A stretch of 64,000 bases of DNA from an uncultured Acidimicrobiales bacterium. GTDB taxonomy: Bacteria; Actinomycetota; Acidimicrobiia; Acidimicrobiales; SZUA-35. Position 1 is the first letter of the stretch; every line of letters begins with the position of its first letter. The position numbers were made by a program, and so were the translations under genes. The notes under the pieces were generated by a model. It was not told the origin of the DNA. It saw only the letters and a program-made list of their open reading frames with translations, and made no database searches. Positions 57,531-64,000 of this stretch are shown here, one piece after another. The stretch lies in NCBI GenBank assembly GCA_963803875.1, contig CAWDOA010000012.1:85033-149032 (forward strand), given 5' to 3'.

Positions 57531-59330
57531 TCAGCCGGCGCAACCGCACTCGACGGTCTGCTCCATCACCTTGAACTTGAATGGTGTGCTCGCCGAGAGA
57601 ACACCACAGCCAAGGCATTGCAGTGCGAAGCCGTCACCGGTTTGCACCATCCGCAATGGGGATTCACCGGTGGAGAGCTTCTTCTCCTTCTTCCGTTTCT
57701 TGGGCTGGAGGACTTCGGGAAGGTTGGTCAGATCCAACTCTCGATACGGCCGCCGTTCCTCAGGCAGAGCTGCGAAGGTCGTATCGGCAGGAAGGAGTTC
57801 AGCGAAATCTTCGCCAAAGGAGTCACTCCATGGCACGAAATAGGCGAGCGAGTAGCGCTCGGCGGCGTCGGCTAGATGAAACGCTTCGAAGAGGTCGCGA
57901 CTGGGCGTGAGCGGGCCGATGCGGTTGGGTTCGTTCACCTTCTCAGGACCGGAGAACCTCAGGAATTCGGCAATGTCGGGGTAGTGCTCGGGGGCAAATA
58001 CTCGTGCATCTTCGGCGATCTCCTGAATCTCACCGACGAACCCGTCGGCATCCGCACCGGCGGTTGGGTCCTCCATTGTGTCACTGGCGAAAATGATCAC
58101 AAACCGTGCGCCACTCCCCTCACGCTTGCGACGCAGGATCCGGCCCATGCGTTGGATCATCTGCCGGCGGGTACGGCTGGCGCTGACCACGATGCCGAGG
58201 TTGGCGTCGGGAACGTCGACACCTTCGTCGAGGACTTTGGGCGCCGCCACGGCTCGAAGTCGCTGGTCTCGGAAGTCACTGAGGATCTTCTCCCGTTCGC
58301 GTCGGGGGGTCTCACCGGTGATGATCTCGATCGTGGTGTGAGGATCGAGCCGATTGATGGCGTGGTTCGCCGCACGAACCGTCTCGGTGAAGAGCAGAGA
58401 TCCGTCGCTGTGGTTGATGGGGTCGGCGAAAATCCCCAGCGCTTCGTATTTGGCCTGGCTGTTGGCGACGATCTCGCGACGGCTGCCAAAGGCATCGAGA
58501 TACTCGGCTGCGGCCCGCCCGTTCGGACCGCCGTCGTTGGCTGCCAGGAACTGCACGGCCGCCAGGAAGGCGCCAAAGGGACGTTGAGGCATGTCCTTGA
58601 TAGCCCGCAGCACCCGTCGGGAATCCACCAAGGTCTGTTCGGTGGCGATGTAGTCGGCCCGTTCGGATTCGGTCAGTGGAACCGCAACGAACCCAACACG
58701 AGGTTGAGCGCAGACCCCATCGGCGATGGCTTCGGCGAAACCGTATCGATAGCAGATACCTCCAAAGAACGGCAGAAGCAGGGTGTCCACCGCATCATCG
58801 GAGCGCTGAAGCGTGGCGGTGAGCCCGAGCCGTTCGGTGTACTCCTTCATCAGGCTTTTGCGGAGGACTTTGCCGCCGAACCCATGGCACTCATCGGCGA
58901 TGAGCATGCCCTCCATCCCGCTGGGAGGAACCGGTTTGCGACTGGCGGCAGAGTGTCGGGTGGTGACGAGTATGTCGCAGTCGGGCGGCCGGTCGGTGCC
59001 ACTGTCGCCCAGGCGTCCGATGGTCAGCTCGGGCATGGCTTCGCTCAACCGCTCGCTCCACTGCTCCATCAACACCCGGCTCGGAACAATGACCAGCACG
59101 AACAAACCCCTGCGGATTGCGTCTTCGGCGGCAGCGATCGCCACGTTGGTCTTGCCTGATCCGGTTACCGCCTCGATGACGCCTTGGCGTCCGCAGCGGA
59201 GCCAGCTGGAGAGGGCGTCGACTTGCCACCGATACAGGAATGGTCCCTCGGATTTCTCCGTTGGACTGGCGGAATCAGCCACCGAGCTGACGTCGGAAGG
59301 GTTCAGATGTTGGTCGGGAAGGGGATTCAC
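57531..59330 (-). CDS. SF2 DEAD/DEAH-box helicase, XPB/ERCC3 (ResIII)-like, with C-terminal Cys-rich tail
   Basis: Motifs are LYRWQVDALSSW, VTGSGKTNVAIAA (motif I), LIADECHGFG (motif II), TATLQR (III) and RRQMIQRMGRILR (VI). The C-terminus is QCLGCGV...VECGCAG. The GTG start at 59330 was chosen because the ORF-track start (59537) overlaps the upstream gene. Confidence 0.8.
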   Translation of the reverse strand: MNPLPDQHLNPSDVSSVADSASPTEKSEGPFLYRWQVDALSSWLRCGRQGVIEAVTGSGKTNVAIAAAEDAIRRGLFVLVIVPSRVLMEQWSERLSEAMPELTIGRLGDSGTDRPPDCDILVTTRHSAASRKPVPPSGMEGMLIADECHGFGGKVLRKSLMKEYTERLGLTATLQRSDDAVDTLLLPFFGGICYRYGFAEAIADGVCAQPRVGFVAVPLTESERADYIATEQTLVDSRRVLRAIKDMPQRPFGAFLAAVQFLAANDGGPNGRAAAEYLDAFGSRREIVANSQAKYEALGIFADPINHSDGSLLFTETVRAANHAINRLDPHTTIEIITGETPRREREKILSDFRDQRLRAVAAPKVLDEGVDVPDANLGIVVSASRTRRQMIQRMGRILRRKREGSGARFVIIFASDTMEDPTAGADADGFVGEIQEIAEDARVFAPEHYPDIAEFLRFSGPEKVNEPNRIGPLTPSRDLFEAFHLADAAERYSLAYFVPWSDSFGEDFAELLPADTTFAALPEERRPYRELDLTNLPEVLQPKKRKKEKKLSTGESPLRMVQTGDGFALQCLGCGVLSASTPFKFKVMEQTVECGCAG

Positions 59331-59412
59331 AGCGAACTTCGAATTATATCGCCGACACGCACTTTTTCGTTGGCCGTTCCAGCTGACCGGACTTGATCGA
59401 CGTGGGTTGGTT

Positions 59413-61138
59413 CTAGCACCCTCCGCCGCTGGGACGGTCGGGAATGGATGGGTCGACAACCTCGATATGGATGTGCCCGTTGGACGGATCGGCGGTCGTC
59501 TTGTCGATCTGAGACTCGAAGGGAAGTTTGCGCACATTGCTGCCGACCCTCGTCTGCCCGGCGATGACTCGATCGCCTTTCTCGACTGCGAGCCCTTCGA
59601 AATGCAGCACTTTCACCTCGTATCCGGGTCGGGTGTCGGGCTCGATGACCAGATAGTGGTCCTGGTACTTGCAATAGAGCGTGTACGTGCCTGCCCTCAA
59701 CACCGTGCCGGTGACCGGAGATCGGATCTCGTCCAGCGGATGAACCGCAATATCGGCTGCCGTCCGGGATCCGTTGCCTCGATTGCGGCTTTCCATGGTG
59801 GCAACGATCGTGCTGCTCTGAGCGGGATCCTGTTGTCTCGCTCCGTCGTGGCCCGATTCGTGGAATCCGATGCGCTCCACACGGTTGGCGGGGTGATGCA
59901 GCGTGACGTTGCCGATTGTCGCATACGGTCCCAACGACGACGTTGCGTAGTGGCGTGGCACATCCACGTGTATTCCTGCGAAAAGGCCATCGTGGGCGAC
60001 AACCTCGGCGGTGATCTTGTGAATCGGCCCGACCACCTCGTATCGGCAGGCCTTCCGGTCGATCCGCGGATCTTGAGGTTCGATCCCTGCAATCGATGAG
60101 TCCTGACAACCGAGCCGCGACACGACGGCCTGTCCTACCGTGCCGATGGTGGGAGCGATACGGCCAACAGCCCCCGCGATGATGTCGCGATCAACAGACG
60201 GCAGGACTCTGCTCCCGAAAACGTTTCGTCCCGTGACCGCCGTACGAATGGCGTCGTCGGCCCACAGGTCTGTGACGTCCACTTCGTCGATGTCGACGAC
60301 AACTCCACTCACAACACTGACGATGAAACTCTGGCTGAGCCCCAACTCACTGACCAGGACAGGACACTTCGTTGTCCTGCCGGTGGACCAACACTCGCCA
60401 GCGGGTTCGACCGAACTGAAACGACCGAATCGCTTCTGCAGTCGATCGGCCGCGGCCACCAACGCACTCGACCGATCCGAAGTCAGCACCGCAGTGGATC
60501 TCTGCCCCACCAAAGCTTCCGCAACGTCGACCGCTGCGGCCATTTCGACCGATGAAGCGAGATATTCCGCAACCGAAGGTCGCTGGTAGGGATGCTGGCC
60601 AACGAACTCCGAACTGACCGACATCCACCTGACTACGTCGAACCGGCTGACAGACGTTGTTCGCACCAGGTCGGTCCAGTACGCAAATCCTGCGGGGTCG
60701 GGGTCCCGGCCCAAGACATTGCCGTAGACGATTCGGACGAACTGATCGTCGCTGGTTGCTCCGTAGGTGCCATGAAACTCGTCTGATTCGGCAAAGCTGA
60801 ACGCGATGGCGTCTATCGACAATCCTGAATCGTAATGTTCGAGCCAGTATGTCGCTCCGGACGGGTCAGGATCCCGACCGAAGAATGCCCAATAAAGCCG
60901 AAGTACATCGCCATGCCCGACGAGCAGACGCTCGGCTCGAGCGCCCACCACCCGGCCCACGTCGGAACGAATCGGTGCGGAAACAGGCGTTGCACTCGTG
61001 GAATCTGTCGATCGGAACGCTCCTCGTGTCCGCCTGAGCGCTCGCTCCGGAGTCCGGCGCCGCCAGAACGGTGGCGATCAGAATCCCGAGGGCTGCAACA
61101 GTGAAGCTTCTCCGCGCCAAACGTCCCACTGACAACAT
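59413..61138 (-). pseudogene. secreted DUF4214 + M23-like (LytM-type) peptidase-domain protein; frameshift after the signal peptide
   Basis: ORF 60866-61138 gives the signal peptide (FTVAALGILIATVLAAPDSGASA). ORF 59413-60960 gives two DUF4214 units (LYWAFFGRDPDPSGATYW, VYGNVLGRDPDPAGFAYW). Its C-terminal beta-barrel reads SPVTGTVLRAG...YLVIEPD...VLHFEGLAVEKGDRVIAGQTRVG...NGHIHIEV. The junction is somewhere in 60960-61030. Confidence 0.65.
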
Positions 61139-61339
61139 GATTGCACTATCGGCCGGACAAAGCCGCTCGGGAGCAACTCATGCGACGAGATGACGTTCGC
61201 GGGCCGGTTGGCCCTTCTGAGCTGTCGACGAAGGCGATTCGTCACTCACACCCCACCGCGTGAGTACGAATGAACGTGATGGCCCCAACGCCCGGCGCTT
61301 CGACCGATGGTTGCCGAGCGGTCGCTATAACCTCGTTGT

Positions 61340-62122
61340 ATGTCTCGCAACGATGTGTTCGATCCCTCGTTCTGGACCGAGATCGCAGGCGTACTCTTCG
61401 ATCTCGATGGTGTGATCACACCCACCGCCGTTGTTCATGAACGTGCCTGGGCGTCACTTTTCAATTGGTTCCTGACCGAACATGGCGAAGACGCAAGCGA
61501 TAGGAGCGACTTCACTCTCGCCGACTATCACACCTACGTCGACGGCAAGCCCAGGTACGACGGTGTTCGCTCGTTCCTCGCAAGCCGAGGCGTGGTTTTG
61601 CCGGAGGGGGATCCGTCTGACGAGCCTGGAGCCGACACCGTTTGTGCGCTCGGGAATCGTAAGAACAGTGAGTTCAACTCGATCATCTCCCGCGAGGGAA
61701 TTGATCCCTACCCCGGATCTGACAGGTTGCTCAATGCTCTCGACAATCTCGGGATTCCACAGGGAATCGTGTCGTCGTCCAAGAACGCCCGATCGGTTCT
61801 CAGCGGTGCAGGGTACGAGGATCGATTCGGTGTCATCGTCGACGGCGTGGTCTCGGCCGATCTCGAGCTTCCGGGCAAACCGGCTCCGGATGCATTCCTC
61901 CTTGGAGCCGAAAGGTTGGGAGTTGAATCCGTTCACACCGTCGTGGTTGAAGACGCAGTCAGCGGTGTGGCCGCGGGCAAAGCCGGTGGGTTCGCGTTGG
62001 TGATCGGAGTCAATCGAGGATCAGGGGCAGATGTTCTGCTTGCCAACGGTGCCGACATTGTGGTGGACGACCTCGGAGAACTAGTGCAAACCGTGCTCGA
62101 TGCAGCCGATAGGGAATCATGA
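61340..62122 (+). CDS. pgmB: beta-phosphoglucomutase-family HAD hydrolase
   Basis: 260-aa ORF with VLFDLDGVITPTAVVHERAW, YVDGKPRYDGVRSFL, IVSSSKNA, GKPAPDAF and VVEDAVSGVAAGKAGGF. Its stop overlaps the start of the GH65 gene (ATGA). Confidence 0.8.
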   Translation: MSRNDVFDPSFWTEIAGVLFDLDGVITPTAVVHERAWASLFNWFLTEHGEDASDRSDFTLADYHTYVDGKPRYDGVRSFLASRGVVLPEGDPSDEPGADTVCALGNRKNSEFNSIISREGIDPYPGSDRLLNALDNLGIPQGIVSSSKNARSVLSGAGYEDRFGVIVDGVVSADLELPGKPAPDAFLLGAERLGVESVHTVVVEDAVSGVAAGKAGGFALVIGVNRGSGADVLLANGADIVVDDLGELVQTVLDAADRES

Positions 62123-64000
62123 AGGCGAAACACGCCCCTGCGGCTCTCCCCCAGCACCGGTTTCCTGCTGAGCCGTGGCGCCTGGTGGAACGGGAATACA
62201 GCACGGACGACCTCGGAGTCACCGAGACCCTGTTTGCGCTGGGGAATGGCTTCATCGGCATGCGAGCCAATCCCGAGGAAGGTCGAGAGGCGCACAGCCA
62301 CGGCACGTTCCTCAACGGATTCCACGAGACGTGGCGAATCTCTCATGCCGAGGCAGCCTACGGTTTCGCCGAGGTTGGGCAGACCATCGTCAACGTCCCG
62401 GACGCAAAACTCATCAAGCTCTACGTCGACGACGAACCACTTCTACTGTCCAGCGCCGACCTGGAAAGCTACGAACGGTCAATCGATTTCCGCACCGGCG
62501 TTCTGACCAGGGATTTGTTGTGGCGAACTCCAGCGGGCAAGCGGGTTCATGTACGCAGCGAACGAATGGTGAGTTTCGAACACCGACATCTCGCAGTGCT
62601 CACATTTGAGATCACCCTGCTCGACGATTCGGCGCCGGTCGTGATTTCGTCACAGCTATTGAACCGACAGGACGGCGAGGACGAGTACTACGTGAGATCC
62701 GCCGCTCTGGGCGAGGGCCAGGATCCCCGAAAGGCCCGCAAGTTCGACCACTGGGTTCTCCAGCCGCACGTGCAACGACACGACGGGGACGACGTTGTTC
62801 TGGGCTACCAATGTACGAACAGCGGAATGACTCTTGCCGCCGGCTACCGCCACCTGTTCGAGACCCAGTGTGAACACACGATCGAAACAGTGGTGGAAGA
62901 ACATCATGCCAAGACCGTGTTCGTTGTGGAGGGACAGGTTGGCAAAGCCATACGTATCGAGAAGCTCGTCAGCTACCACACCTCGAGCGGCGTTCCTCCC
63001 GCCGAGTTGGCCGACCGCTGCCAGCGAACCTTGACACGAGCAGCGTCGACGGGGACGTTCGCGCTTCATGCCGAGCAGAAAGCATGGCTCGATGCATACT
63101 GGCAGTACAGCGACGTCCAGATCGACGGAGACGAACCGGCCCAGCAGGCCATGCGGTGGAATCTGTTCAATCTCGCCCAGGCATCAGCCCGCACCCAAGA
63201 AAAAGGCATAGCAGCCAAGGGTGTCACCGCCGATGGATACGAGGGTCACTACTTCTGGGATACCGAAGTCTACGTCATTCCGTTCCTCTCCTATACCCAA
63301 CCCGAGACCGCACGCAAGGTGCTGCGATTTCGTTGGAAGATGCTCGACGCGGCCCGCAAACGGGCTCGGATGCTGAGTCAACGGGGCGCACTATTCCCAT
63401 GGAGAACCATCAACGGTGAGGAAGCTTCGGCGTACTACGCCGCAGGGACCGCGCAGTACCACATCAACGCGGCCATCGCCTACGCCATCAAACGCTACGT
63501 CGACGCCACCGACGACTGGGACTTCCTGGCCCACGAAGGGGCCGAGACTCTCGTAGAGACCGCCAGAATGTGGGAAGACCTCGGCTTCTACGGCCACAAC
63601 GGTGACAATTCATTCCACATTCACGGTGTCACCGGACCGGATGAATACACGACGGTGAAGAACGACAACACCTACACCAACATCATGGCGCGATTCAACA
63701 TGCGGTTCGCATCCGCAGTCTGCCGTGAGCTGGAGGAACGAATGCCCGAGTCGTACGACGCACTCGTCCGCCGGACTGGGCTCACCAACGCCGAGCGGGA
63801 GAGCTTCGACAACGCCGCAGACGCAATGTTCATTCCGTGGGACGAAGAACTGGGCATCAACCCCCAGGACGATGCGTTTCTCTCACTCGAGCCATGGGAC
63901 TTCGCGCAGACCGCAGATGACAAGTATCCACTCCTATTGAACTTTCATCCGCTCGTGATCTACCGATTCCAGGTGCTCAAGCAGGCCGACGTGGTCCTCG
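62119..64000 (+). CDS. glycoside hydrolase family 65 phosphorylase (trehalose/maltose/kojibiose type), 3' end beyond the window
   Basis: The open frame from the ATG at 62119 to the window end is not in the ORF track because no stop is reached. My own translation gives ETLFALGNGFIGMRANPEEG...GTFLNGFHETW, AMRWNLFNLAQAS, AAKGVTADGYEGHYFWDTEVYVIPFLSYT, LFPWRTINGEEASAYYAAGTAQYHINAAIAY and VTGPDEYTTVKNDNTYTN. Confidence 0.9.
   Translation, partial: MKAKHAPAALPQHRFPAEPWRLVEREYSTDDLGVTETLFALGNGFIGMRANPEEGREAHSHGTFLNGFHETWRISHAEAAYGFAEVGQTIVNVPDAKLIKLYVDDEPLLLSSADLESYERSIDFRTGVLTRDLLWRTPAGKRVHVRSERMVSFEHRHLAVLTFEITLLDDSAPVVISSQLLNRQDGEDEYYVRSAALGEGQDPRKARKFDHWVLQPHVQRHDGDDVVLGYQCTNSGMTLAAGYRHLFETQCEHTIETVVEEHHAKTVFVVEGQVGKAIRIEKLVSYHTSSGVPPAELADRCQRTLTRAASTGTFALHAEQKAWLDAYWQYSDVQIDGDEPAQQAMRWNLFNLAQASARTQEKGIAAKGVTADGYEGHYFWDTEVYVIPFLSYTQPETARKVLRFRWKMLDAARKRARMLSQRGALFPWRTINGEEASAYYAAGTAQYHINAAIAYAIKRYVDATDDWDFLAHEGAETLVETARMWEDLGFYGHNGDNSFHIHGVTGPDEYTTVKNDNTYTNIMARFNMRFASAVCRELEERMPESYDALVRRTGLTNAERESFDNAADAMFIPWDEELGINPQDDAFLSLEPWDFAQTADDKYPLLLNFHPLVIYRFQVLKQADVVL

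Noticed and set aside
57876-60099. Very long plus-strand ORFs (57876-59159, 427 aa; 58813-60099, 428 aa). Similar cases are at 5360-6121, 7300-8037, 22204-23143 and 28144-29061.
   Set aside because: They lie antisense to genes with clear family motifs (helicase, M23/DUF4214, amidase, ThiF, acyl-CoA synthetase). Their translations are Arg/Gly/Pro-rich with no recognisable motifs. These are typical shadow ORFs of high-GC DNA.
1-64000. Search for CRISPR arrays, rRNA/tRNA/tmRNA/RNase P genes, transposases, integrases, phage structural genes, toxin-antitoxin pairs and biosynthetic gene clusters.
   Set aside because: Reading both strands, I recognised no direct-repeat/spacer periodicity, no hallmark RNA motifs and no ORFs with DDE, tyrosine-recombinase, terminase or capsid-like sequence. 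I had no covariance-model or HMM search, so small or divergent elements could have been missed.

Overview
This is a high-GC, actinobacterial-type chromosomal segment. The taxon is inferred from gene content: Ku plus stand-alone LigD polymerase, FbiC, MetZ, actinobacterial-type transaldolase, DUF3151 and DUF4214 proteins. About 57 genes are packed tightly on both strands. Most are housekeeping: tkt-tal, pyk, pepA, trmI, rnd, mobA, metZ, dacB, an M20 peptidase and an ADP-forming acyl-CoA synthetase. The rest are mainly cell-envelope genes: an ABC-2 exporter, a polyprenyl glycosylphosphotransferase, a GT4-methyltransferase fusion, and three secreted peptidoglycan hydrolases that all carry DUF4214 modules. 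I recognised no rRNA, tRNA, CRISPR array, transposase, integrase or prophage. The most conspicuous property is technical or evolutionary. At least 14 otherwise well-conserved genes, including pyk, tkt and pepA, are broken by single-nucleotide indels. fbiC alone needs about 15-17 frame changes in 2.4 kb. The indels look insertion-biased, and several sit in homopolymer runs. Assembly error is the leading explanation, except possibly for fbiC. The only defence-like accessory candidate is a translationally coupled pair at 48234-50192: a McrB-type NTPase without a reader domain, followed by a partner with a McrC/DUF2357-like N-region but no visible nuclease motif. Other items worth a second look are a structured 201-nt leader upstream of the M23/DUF4214 hydrolase, the DUF4214 hydrolase trio, a rhodanese-ThiF protein with inverted domain order, and an unannotated 410-bp gap at 51891-52301. 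I did not find a clearly novel multi-gene system. All family assignments come from motif recognition by eye, not from database searches.
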